A stretch of 64,000 nucleotides of DNA from Vulcanimicrobiota bacterium. Lineage in GTDB: Bacteria > Vulcanimicrobiota > Vulcanimicrobiia > Vulcanimicrobiales > Vulcanimicrobiaceae. Of the stretch, positions 52,529-64,000 are shown piece by piece. The stretch covers positions 57,473 through 121,472 of the forward strand of contig CAWAXX010000001.1 of assembly GCA_963786105.1 (NCBI GenBank). Reading direction: 5' to 3'. The position numbers and the translations under genes were made by a program. The notes below the pieces were generated by a model. It saw nothing but the letters and a program-made list of their open reading frames with translations, did no database searches and was not told the origin of the DNA. The first letter of the stretch is position 1; each line of letters begins with the position of its first letter.

Positions 52529-53293
52529 TCACGCCATGGTGTAGACGTACGTCTGACCCTGCCTTTGCGCTTGGTAGACTAACTTAATGACGTACGGCGG
52601 GTTTTTGGAAAGCCAGAACGTCATGAGGCTCCCGTCGGTTTGCGGGTTTCGATCGTGCCAGTGCACCTCGACTCGCCAGGCCGACACGAACGTCCCCGGC
52701 TTTGCTTCGACCGTTTCGCGTCGCACGACCGTAAATGGAATCTTTTGGATGCTTTGGTCGCCTTCCGCGATCGTCGAGATCGTCGCGCGGTATCCCGGCT
52801 GCAACGGGTATCCGGCCAGGAGCAGACCGTACATGCCGCCGCTGAAGTCGTAATACGAGCCTGCGACCCTGACGCGCGACCGTCGCGGGTCGTCGCGGTG
52901 GGCACCGGTCGCGTCGACGACGCGGACGGCGTTTCCCTCGAATTCCAGCGTGCTGAGGTCGCCGGTACTCGTCCTGTACGTTCGTTCGAGCGGCTTCATC
53001 GTTGCTGGGTCGAAGACGTTGACGGTCGTGCTGGACTTGCCGGACCTGGTTATTCGAAACACTTGAACGCGTTCGAACGCCGTCTTGCCGCTATACGCGA
53101 CGAATCGCCCGCGGTCGCTCCAGGTGCCGAGCACGACGTGCGCGTGCGTTTTCTCCGACGTGACCGTGACGGTCCAAAGGTTGGAATAGGGTTCGAGGAA
53201 GCTGCCGTTTGGCACCGGGGGCGTCGCGGCGCTCGCATAGAGTGAGCCGGCGATTGCGAGCGTGGCGGCCGCGGCGAAGCTCAGAGGTTTCAT
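52529..53293 (-). CDS. Secreted hypothetical protein (DUF3108-like beta-rich)
   Basis: Signal peptide; YPLQPG, ETVEAKPGTF.SAWRVE, FWLSKNPPYVIK. Confidence 0.6.
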   Translation of the reverse strand: MKPLSFAAAATLAIAGSLYASAATPPVPNGSFLEPYSNLWTVTVTSEKTHAHVVLGTWSDRGRFVAYSGKTAFERVQVFRITRSGKSSTTVNVFDPATMKPLERTYRTSTGDLSTLEFEGNAVRVVDATGAHRDDPRRSRVRVAGSYYDFSGGMYGLLLAGYPLQPGYRATISTIAEGDQSIQKIPFTVVRRETVEAKPGTFVSAWRVEVHWHDRNPQTDGSLMTFWLSKNPPYVIKLVYQAQRQGQTYVYTMA

Positions 53294-53366
53294 TTCGTCC
53301 AGTCTACATCGCGCTCTCCTCAAAAAGCATCAAACGCGGCATGAGCTCGCTGCAGCGCGTATAACT

Positions 53367-55658
<2,292 letters not shown>

Positions 55659-55662
<4 letters not shown>

Positions 55663-56304
55663 CGAGCGATCGAGCCGTCCAGCCAGTAGCCGGCGTCCGG
55701 AGTCCGAGCCAAGGCTAAGGCGTCGTTCGGAACGCGCACCGTCTTCGACAGGTGCCGCCACGCGGTCATGACGCGCACGACGTAGTGCTGGGTTTCTCCG
55801 TACGGCGGAATGCCGCCGTATTCGGTGACCGCCTTCGGTCCGGCGTTGTAGGCGGCGAATACGAGGCTATAGTGGTTCGAGCCAAATCGCCGCATGAGGC
55901 CGCTCAGGTATCGAGCCGCGCCGGAGAGGTTTTCGCCGGGATCGTGCGGATTGACGCCGAGCCGCGCGGCCGTTCCCGGCATCAGCTGACCAAGGCCGAT
56001 CGCGCCCGAACGCGAGAGGGCGTGGGTGTGCCAGCGCGATTCGACGGTGACGATCGCTACCAGCATGTTCGCATCCAGCCGCCAGCGCTCGGCGTTCGCA
56101 AGGACGTGGCGCGCGAGATCGCGGCTCTGCCATTGCGGCATCTGTGGATTGATGTGATGCAGGACCGAGGCGTAAACGGCGATGGTCGTCGGAGTCGTTT
56201 GCAGCGGGGCCTGGACGGCTGCTTGGGCTGGCGTGGCCGCGACGAAGCGCAAGACAAAAAGTAAGTCCCACCACCGCCGTGGTAAAGGCGAAGATCCTCT
56301 GCAT
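55659..56304 (-). CDS. Lytic transglycosylase (SLT domain), apparent frameshift near 56255
   Basis: VES, GAIGLGQLMPGTA, AYNAG, ETQHYV; signal MQRIFAFTT in an adjacent frame. Confidence 0.85.
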
Positions 56305-56381
56305 GAGCCATCGTGCTTCAAGGGTCGATATCGGGCGAGCCTCCCGGGAAGGTCGCATCGCCGCAGGAAACTCTCCAAACG

Positions 56382-56552
56382 ATGCGCCGCCGTTCTGATA
56401 TGTCGCCGAGAGCCCGTCGCGCCTGGGCGATCGGGCTCGTCGCGTTTTTTATCCTCATGTGTGCGGCAATCGCGCTCTCGCAATGGTGGGCGATTCACGT
56501 GAACGTTCCAAACTACGAACACAAGAAGCACGCGCGTGACAAGCCGGTTTGA
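56382..56552 (+). CDS. Small single-TM hypothetical protein
   Basis: ...RAWAIGLVAFFILMCAAIALSQWWAIHV...; alternative start at 56400. Confidence 0.5.
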   Translation: MRRRSDMSPRARRAWAIGLVAFFILMCAAIALSQWWAIHVNVPNYEHKKHARDKPV

Positions 56553-56611
56553 TGCATCTTTGAGAAACGCGCGCAGGAGTCTCGCGTGTGCATGCATTGG
56601 ACCGGAGGCGT

Positions 56612-59600
56612 ATGATCCGTCGCTCACTTATCGTTACGACAGCCGTTGCGGCTTTTTTCATTTCGACTCGCGCGTCGCTTATGGCGCAGACCCCCGCGGC
56701 GTCGGCCTCGCCGGCCGCTTCGGCGGGGCCGGCAGCCGCAACGCCGTCCCCGGCCGCGGCCTCACCGGAACCGGCGATGACGGCCTCGGCGATGCCGCCA
56801 AAACCGGCCAACCCGACGCCGACCCCGTCCCCGACGCCAACCCCCGGACCGCCGTTCTCGAATATGAGCTGGCGAGCCATCGGTCCGGCGCTGACGGGCG
56901 GTCGCGTGGCTGCGGTGGCCGGTTCGGCGACCGACTCGAAGCTGTACTACGTCGGCAGCGCCGGCGGCGGCGTTTGGAAATCGTCCAACGGCGGTCAGAC
57001 CTGGGACCCGGTCTTCGAGAAGGAGGCGGTCGCCGCGATCGGCGCGGTGACCATCGATCCATCCAACAACGCGACGGTGTGGGTCGGGACCGGGGAGACC
57101 AATCCGCGCAACGACGTGAGCTACGGCGACGGCGTCTATAAGACGACCGACGGCGGTGAACATTGGACCAACGTCGGCCTCAAGGGCTCGAAGTACATCT
57201 CGCGCATCGTCGTCGATCCACGCGACCACAATCACGTCGTGGTAGCGGCGCTGGGCGACGTGTTCGCCGACTCCTCCGAGCGCGGCATCTACGTTACGTA
57301 CGACGGCGGCAAGACGTGGAAGCAAACGCTCTTCGTCGGCCCCCAAAGCGGCGCCGCCGATTTGGCGATGAGCGCGCAGAATCCAAGCGTCCTCTACGCC
57401 GGCATTTGGCAGTTCCAGCGGCGTCCGTGGACCTTCACGAGCGGCGGCGATCAAGACGGGCTTTACAAGTCCACCGACGGCGGCGCGACCTGGACGAAGC
57501 TTACGGGCCACGGGTTACCTGACGGCATCATGGGCCGCATCGGCGTCGCAGTTGCGCCGAGCGACGGCAATCGCGTGTACGCCGTCATCGAGTCGAAGGC
57601 CGGCGTACTCTGGCGATCCGACGACGGCGGGGCGAACTGGACGATGGTCAGTAACGACTCCCTAGTTGACGCGCGGTTCTTCTATTTTTCGCATGTCGAG
57701 GTCGATCCGAAGAATCCCAATCGTGTCTACGCGATCTCGTTTCAAGTTATGCTCAGCACCGACGGCGGGAAGACGTTCAAAGCGATCACTGACAACGTCC
57801 ACAGCGACTTCCACTCGATTTGGATCGCGCCCAACGATCCGACACGCGTTATGTTGGGCGAAGACGGTGGCTATGCGCTCACACTCGACGGGGGTCAGAA
57901 CTGGTTCTGGTCCGCGAATATGTCGATCGGCCAAGTCTATCGCGTCGGATTAGGAAACGACAATCCCTACACCATCTGTGCAGGCTTGCAAGACAATAAC
58001 GGATGGTGTGCCCCTTCGAACTCGCTCGATCCATCCGGCATCCAGAACAAGAACTGGGTCAACACGGTGGGCGGCGATGGAACGTGGGGCATACCCGAGC
58101 CCGACGATCCGAACTGGATCTGGTCGGATGCGCAAGACGGCTCGCTCACCATTTACAATCGGGTGACGCAAGACCAGTGGTCAGCGGCGCCGTATTTGCA
58201 AACGGGGAAGGAATCTTGGGAGATTGGTACGAGCAAGTACCGCTTCAACTGGGAGTCGCCGATCGCATTCGCACCGTGGCGCAGTGACGGTGGAAAGCTA
58301 ATCGGTTGGTACGGCGGGAACGTCGTCTTTCAAACGACCGATCGCGGCCGCTCTTGGAGCGACATTAGTCCGGACCTGACGCGCAACCTCAAGTCGCACC
58401 AGATCCCGGCCGGCGGGCCCATCATGAACGACGTGTCGGGCGCGGAATACACCGACACTATTTTGGACATCGAAGCCTCACAACGCGTGCGCGGCGAGAT
58501 CTGGGTGGGAACCGATGACGGTCTAGTGCAGCTGACGCGCGACGGCGGCAAACATTGGAAGAACGTAACGCCGCAAGGCGCGCCGGAGTTCGGCCGCTTT
58601 GCGACCGTTGCGCCGTCGACGCTCGTCGACGGCACCGCGTACGCCATCAACGACGCTCACTATACGGGCGACAGCGCGCCCTACGCCTACGTTACCCACG
58701 ATTTCGGGCAGCACTGGACGAAGATCGTCGACGGACTGCCTTCCGACCAGTGGGTGCGTGCGATCCGTCCCGACATTCGCGACCGTAATCTCGTCTATCT
58801 GGGCAGCGAGGAGGGGATTTGGATCTCGTTCGACGGTGGCGCGCACTGGCAGTCGTTCAAAAACGACTTGCCGAGCGTCTCGGTGCACGACATTCGCATG
58901 CAGCCGGATGACGACGACTTGGTAATCGCCACGCATGGCCGGGGCGTGTACGTCATGGACGACGTTCGGCCGGTGCAGCAACTGCAACGGGCGATCGCAA
59001 GCGGTACTTGGCTCTTTACGCCGCGCACGGCTCACGAATGGAGCCTGCACGAGAACGACGAGGGAACCTACACGAACTACGCTGCCGACAACCCGCCGTA
59101 TGGCGTTACGATTTCCTTCTACCAGAAGGAAGTGCAGAAAGGCGCTCCGGCGCTCGATATTCTCGATGCGAACGGCCACGTGATTCGCAAGGTTTCGGGT
59201 ACGCACAAGGTCGGCGGCAAGGACGTGCCCTACATCACCAACAAGGTGGGGCTGAATCGTTACACGTGGGATTTCACCGTCAACGGTCCCGTGCGCTGGA
59301 ACGCTCCAACGCTGGATTTCCTCAAGGGTCCAACCAACGGACCCGGGGTCGTTCCGGGGAACTACGCAGTGCGGATGACGCTTTCGGGCCGTACGTACGT
59401 GCAGCGCTTCAGAGTCGAACCCGATCCGCGCTCGCATTTCACGCAGGCCGAGTATCTTCGGAGCTTCAACGAGGCGATGCGGCAGATGGCGCGCCTTTCG
59501 CAAGTCGATACGATGCTCAACACGCTCGACGATCTCAAGAAGGCGCTCGCCACCGCCACCGACGCTGCGAAGAAGTCCAACGTTTCGGCGCTGGCCACGA

Positions 59601-59902
59601 AGCTTCAAGATGCCGAAACTGCGCGCCAGACGCTCTATGATTCGCTGGCTGCGAACGTGCGGGGTGAAGGAACTGAAGACGAAAACAAGCTGCAGCAAGA
59701 TCTGATCGGAGCGTACTTTACCGCCCAGGGTCTCATTACGCCGGCGGCCACCGACTTCATCGGCCGCGTTGGTGTGGCGTACCGCGACGGCGTGGGAAGT
59801 TACAACGCGTTCGTCACCGGCGTGCTTCCCGGCGTCAACGCCGCGCTCAAGAGTGCGGGGCAGAAGGGGTTGCCCGCGATTTCGACGATGACCATGCGAT
59901 GA
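56612..59902 (+). CDS. VPS10/BNR-repeat secreted beta-propeller protein with Pro/Ala-rich N-terminal linker
   Basis: GGAGG RBS; WRAIGPALTGGRV, repeated S/TxDGGxTW, GLQDN, ATHGRG, GLNRYTWD. Confidence 0.88.
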   Translation: MIRRSLIVTTAVAAFFISTRASLMAQTPAASASPAASAGPAAATPSPAAASPEPAMTASAMPPKPANPTPTPSPTPTPGPPFSNMSWRAIGPALTGGRVAAVAGSATDSKLYYVGSAGGGVWKSSNGGQTWDPVFEKEAVAAIGAVTIDPSNNATVWVGTGETNPRNDVSYGDGVYKTTDGGEHWTNVGLKGSKYISRIVVDPRDHNHVVVAALGDVFADSSERGIYVTYDGGKTWKQTLFVGPQSGAADLAMSAQNPSVLYAGIWQFQRRPWTFTSGGDQDGLYKSTDGGATWTKLTGHGLPDGIMGRIGVAVAPSDGNRVYAVIESKAGVLWRSDDGGANWTMVSNDSLVDARFFYFSHVEVDPKNPNRVYAISFQVMLSTDGGKTFKAITDNVHSDFHSIWIAPNDPTRVMLGEDGGYALTLDGGQNWFWSANMSIGQVYRVGLGNDNPYTICAGLQDNNGWCAPSNSLDPSGIQNKNWVNTVGGDGTWGIPEPDDPNWIWSDAQDGSLTIYNRVTQDQWSAAPYLQTGKESWEIGTSKYRFNWESPIAFAPWRSDGGKLIGWYGGNVVFQTTDRGRSWSDISPDLTRNLKSHQIPAGGPIMNDVSGAEYTDTILDIEASQRVRGEIWVGTDDGLVQLTRDGGKHWKNVTPQGAPEFGRFATVAPSTLVDGTAYAINDAHYTGDSAPYAYVTHDFGQHWTKIVDGLPSDQWVRAIRPDIRDRNLVYLGSEEGIWISFDGGAHWQSFKNDLPSVSVHDIRMQPDDDDLVIATHGRGVYVMDDVRPVQQLQRAIASGTWLFTPRTAHEWSLHENDEGTYTNYAADNPPYGVTISFYQKEVQKGAPALDILDANGHVIRKVSGTHKVGGKDVPYITNKVGLNRYTWDFTVNGPVRWNAPTLDFLKGPTNGPGVVPGNYAVRMTLSGRTYVQRFRVEPDPRSHFTQAEYLRSFNEAMRQMARLSQVDTMLNTLDDLKKALATATDAAKKSNVSALATKLQDAETARQTLYDSLAANVRGEGTEDENKLQQDLIGAYFTAQGLITPAATDFIGRVGVAYRDGVGSYNAFVTGVLPGVNAALKSAGQKGLPAISTMTMR

Positions 59903-62900
59903 ATCCGATGCGCTGGGCAGCGGCGATGCTCGTGTTGGCGGCGGGCGCCGTCGCGCCGGCTGCGGCCGCAACGGGCGCAGCTGGATCCACCGGTTTCGGA
60001 AATCTCACGTGGCGATCGATCGGGCCGGCCGTTTCCGGCGGCCGGGTGGCGGCGGTGGCGGGTACGCCGCAAGACGATCAGCTCTACTATATCGGAACGG
60101 CGGGCGGCGGCGTTTGGAAGAGTTCAAACGGCGGCACGACCTGGGAACCCGTTTTCGACAAGCAAGCCGGCGGCCGCAATCGGTGCGGTCGCCATCGATC
60201 CGCTCCACGAGAACGTCGTTTACGTCGGCACCGGCGAAAGCAATCCCCGCAACGACGTTAGTTACGGTGACGGCCTCTACAAGTCGACCGATGGCGGCAA
60301 GAGCTGGACCAACGTCGGTCTGCGCGGCACGCGCCACATCTCGCGCATCGTCATCGACCCGAAGAATCCGTCTCACGTGGTCGTCGGCGCACTCGGCGAC
60401 GTGTTTGCCGACTCCGCCGACCGCGGGGTCTACGTCACGTTCGACGCGGGCCGATCGTGGAACAAAACGCTGTACGTCGGCCCGCGCAGCGGCGCGAGCG
60501 ATCTCGCGATGGATGTGCAGCAGCCCAACACGATCTTCGCGGGGATTTGGGAGTTTCGCCGGGAGCCGTGGACGTTTACGAGCGGCGGTGCCGACGACGG
60601 CCTGTACAAGTCGACCAACGGCGGCAAGACGTGGACGCGGTTGACCGGACACGGATTACCGGACGGCGTCACCGGACGTATCGGTTTGGCGGTTGCTCCC
60701 AGCGACGGCAATCGCGTCTACGCCCTGATCGAAGCGAAGGGCGGAATCCTCTGGCGTTCCGACGACGGCGGCACCTCGTGGACCATGACGTCCAAGAATA
60801 CGCTGGTCGATCAGCGGCCATTTTATTTTTCGCACCTCGCGGTCGACCCGCGCAACGCAAATCACGTCTATGCCGTGTCCGAAGCCCTCTCCGAAAGCAA
60901 AGACGGCGGTAAGAAGTTCACCGAAATCGCCAAGGACGTTCACGTCGACTACCACGCGATCTGGATCGCGCCCAATAATCCGGCGCGAATCATTACCGGC
61001 GAAGACGGCGGCTATGCGCTCACTACCGACGGCGGGAAGAACTGGTCGTTTTCGCGCAACCTCGCGATCGGCCAGTTCTATCACATCGCGGCTTCGAACG
61101 AGAATCCGTATTTCGTATGTGGCGGCTTACAGGATAACAACGCGTTTTGCGGACCGTCGAACTCGCTCGATCGCGGGGGCATCAAGGACGACGCGTGGAT
61201 CGACGTCATCGGCGGCGACGGCATGTGGTCCGTGCCCGATCCGTTAGATCCGAGTCTGATCTGGACGGACCTTCAGGATGGACGCATCTCGATCTACGAC
61301 CGCACCCGGCAAACGAACCGGTTCGTGATTCCGTACTTCGATTTCGCCAAGAACGACTTCAACGTTGCCGGTCGCAAGTACCGCTTCAACTGGGACTCGC
61401 CGATCGCATTCGCTCCGTGGGACCCGCACGTGGCGTGGTACGGGGGGAACGTCGTTTTTCAGACCACCGATCGCGGCGAGCATTGGACGGCGGTCAGCCC
61501 CGACCTCACCCTCGACCTGAAGGAACACCAGCGTCCGTCCGGCGGCCCGCTCGCGTTCGACGTTTCCGGAGCCGAGTATTCCGACACCATCCTTTCGATC
61601 GAAGGGTCGCCGCTGAGCAAAGGCGAGATTTGGGTCGGCACCGACGACGGGCTCGTTCAACTCTCGCGCGACGGCGCGGCGACCTGGCAGAACGTAACGC
61701 CGCCGGGCGTCGCACCATTCGGCAGAGTTGAAACCGTCGCGCCGTCGCCGCTCGTCGCCGGTACGGCGTTTGCCAACGTCGACCGTCATCGCTCGGGCGA
61801 CTATGCGCCGTACTTGTTCGTCACGCACGACTACGGGAAGACGTGGACGAAAGCGGTGAAGGGATTGCCGCCCGGCGAGTACGTACGCACGGTGCGCCCG
61901 GACTCGAGGAATTCGAATCTCGTGTACGCCGGAACCGAGCGGGGTCTCTATCTCTCGTACGACGGCGGCAACGACTGGCAAGACTTCCGCTTGAACCTTC
62001 CGCCGGTATCGGTGCGAGACGTCCGTATTCAAACGCAGTTCGACGATCTGTTGCTCGCAACGCACGGCCGCTCGCTGTGGATCATGGACGCCATCGGGCC
62101 CCTGCAAGACCTACCGCAGGCGCAGGCGGCCGGCGTGTATCTCTTTCCGCCGCGCGTCGCTTACGAGTATCACCAGCATTCCAATGACGAAGGCACGTAT
62201 ACACGCTTTTCCGGCGCCAATCCGCCGCTCGGGGCGATCGTCGATTTCTATCAACAGAAACCCCAGTCCAAGACGCCGGTCGTCGAGGTACTCGATTCGA
62301 GCGGCACCGTGATTCGGCGCGATACCGGTACGCATAAGGAACACGATAAGGACGTTCCCGACGTCACCAACAAGGTGGGCCTGAATCGCTACGTGTGGGA
62401 CTTCCACGAAGACGGCCCGGTTCAGTGGATGGGTGCCGCGCGCGAAGAGTATCGCGGCCCTAAGATCGGCGCGCTCGTGGTGCCGGGCACGTATTCGGTC
62501 CGCGTCGTGCTCGACGGAAAAACGCTGTCCCAGAGCGTCGTCGTCAAACCGGATCCACGCGATGCCTGGACGCAAGCCGACTATCAAGCAGGCTACGCCT
62601 TTAATAAGAAGTATCTCAACGACTACGGAAAGATCGACGAAGCGCTCAACAACCTCGACGCGCTAAGGAAGTCGCTCGCGATCGCATCTCACGCCGCGGG
62701 CGCTTCCAAGAACGCCGCGCTGGTTTCGCAAGTCGCCGCTGCCGAGACCTCACGCTCGGAGATTTTCGCGCTCTTTACTGCCGACTATCAGAACGACGAA
62801 GACTCGATTCAGCGTCCCGGCGCGTTACGCGAAGACGTTCCGAGCGGCGGATTCCTTCGCGGCGGCAATCAGCCCCCGACACCGGCGCTGCTCGAATTCG

Positions 62901-63037
62901 GCGCTCGCTTCGACGTCGAATACCAGGCTGCGTTTGGCAAGTACAACGCGTTCGTCGCCGGCCTCGCGCCGCTTCAGGCGCAACTCAAGAGTGCCGGACT
63001 CAAACCCCTCGACGGCGCAACGTCCGTGTCACCCTAA
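59899..63037 (+). CDS. VPS10/BNR-repeat secreted protein, tandem paralog, apparent frameshift near 60170
   Basis: Collinear with the upstream paralog across track frames 59899-60261 and 60377-63037. Confidence 0.88.
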
Positions 63038-63070
63038 GCGATGACACGGCGCCTCCGCTCAGGATGACGC
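63026..63070. repeat. Head-to-head REP-like repeat remnants carrying the stops of two convergent genes
   Basis: Plus strand GTGTCACCCTAAGCG; minus strand GCGTCATCCTGAGCGGAGGCGCC. Confidence 0.65.
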
Positions 63071-63895
63071 GGGGCGGAAGAGGCGCTTGAGCAGCGCGTC
63101 GTGTTTGTACGAGGCGCTCTTTCCGAAGTGAACGACGGCGACGTCGAGAGACGGCACGAGATAGAGCGCTTGGCCTCCGGAACCGCTGGCGTATACGAGA
63201 TCGACTGGCGCTCCCGATGCGCCGAGCCACCATCCGAGGCCGTAGCGCGGATTTGGAATCGATCCCGCAAAGCATTCGCGCAACGCGTCGTGCTCGCGTA
63301 GAACGAAGCGACCGTACGCGATCCAGTTCGCGGCAGTGAGCGACGCGCCGGTCGGCAGCGGTTGGGTTCCGTCGGGAAGCGTACGCCATGCGGCGACCTC
63401 GACCCCGGCGGGATCGAGAATGCGCTCGCGGAGATATTGCTGGGGCGTTTGCCTGCGCGCGGCGAGTTTGCGTGTGAAAACCGCGCCGAACACCTGCAGC
63501 GGAATTCCGCCGTAGGTGAAGATGGAACCCGGTTCGTTTTTGAGTGGAATGGCGAGCGCGCGATCGAACGCCGGCACGGCGCTGCCCAAGCCGCCGAAAC
63601 CGAAACCTGCGGTCAGCGACAGCAGCATGCGCAGCGTGACGCGCCGTTTCCAAGGATCGTCGCGCCACGAATCGATCGTGTCGGCTACCGGTTCGTCGAG
63701 TTCGAGCAGACCGTCCGCATGTGCGCGCAGCGCGGCGACTCCCCAAAAACTCTTCGTTCCGCTGTAGAGCGCGTGCGGACTCTCCGGTCCAAACGTACCG
63801 GCGTATTCCTCCGCAACGACGTCGCCACCACGCGTTACGACGAACGCCTGCAGTGCGTGTTTGTGAACGTACTCGAATGCGGTGTCGATCTCCAC
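63059..63895 (-). CDS. Serine hydrolase (beta-lactamase family)
   Basis: SGTK (SxxK), LLSLTAG, PGSIFTY, YGLGWW, SGSGGQ. Confidence 0.88.
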   Translation of the reverse strand: MEIDTAFEYVHKHALQAFVVTRGGDVVAEEYAGTFGPESPHALYSGTKSFWGVAALRAHADGLLELDEPVADTIDSWRDDPWKRRVTLRMLLSLTAGFGFGGLGSAVPAFDRALAIPLKNEPGSIFTYGGIPLQVFGAVFTRKLAARRQTPQQYLRERILDPAGVEVAAWRTLPDGTQPLPTGASLTAANWIAYGRFVLREHDALRECFAGSIPNPRYGLGWWLGASGAPVDLVYASGSGGQALYLVPSLDVAVVHFGKSASYKHDALLKRLFRPASS

Positions 63896-63935
63896 AGGGA
63901 AGGAGCGTTCGAGGGACAGTCACAAAAGCGCCTTC

Positions 63936-64000
63936 ATGAGGCCCTACGTCCTGCTGGTCGCATCGGTCGCCGCTCTGGGCGGGCTGCTCTTCGGCTACGA
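63936..64000 (+). CDS. Sugar porter (MFS) transporter, 5' end only
   Basis: MRPYVLLVASVAALGGLLFGY matches the sugar-porter TM1 motif. Confidence 0.75.
   Translation, partial: MRPYVLLVASVAALGGLLFGY

Noticed and set aside
56690..56850. Low-complexity CCG/GCC-rich repeats
   Set aside because: They encode the Pro/Ala/Thr linker and are not an array.

Overview
GC-rich bacterial chromosomal window with about 55 genes. The gene repertoire (Cys-rich TonB-dependent receptor, several VPS10/BNR-repeat secreted proteins, wHTH-TPR regulators) resembles soil Ca. Eremiobacterota; that assignment is an inference. Mostly housekeeping and accessory metabolism: ROK kinase, phosphoesterase, glycolipid glycosyltransferase, egtD, PrimPol/LigC pair, multicopper oxidase, osmoprotectant ABC transporter, ppk1, BolA-Grx4-rhodanese, rnd, acnA, aceEF, and TPP riboswitch-thiC. 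No rRNA, tRNA, CRISPR, prophage or transposase was seen. Main finds: (1) a candidate local regulon at 43-63 kb, with two divergent winged-helix-TPR regulators, an HTH/helical-repeat protein, a TonB-dependent receptor and secreted proteins, whose upstream regions share a tandem TTGAW-N4/5-TTTGA motif (6 copies); a 13-aa ORF with a strong RBS lies in the middle; (2) a dispersed REP-like repeat that supplies the stop codon of up to five genes and is inserted in-frame in the AceF linker; (3) a ~100-nt nested palindrome after ppk1; (4) an internally deleted BAAT-type thioesterase relic. Many genes carry single-base frameshifts that look like sequencing or assembly errors.
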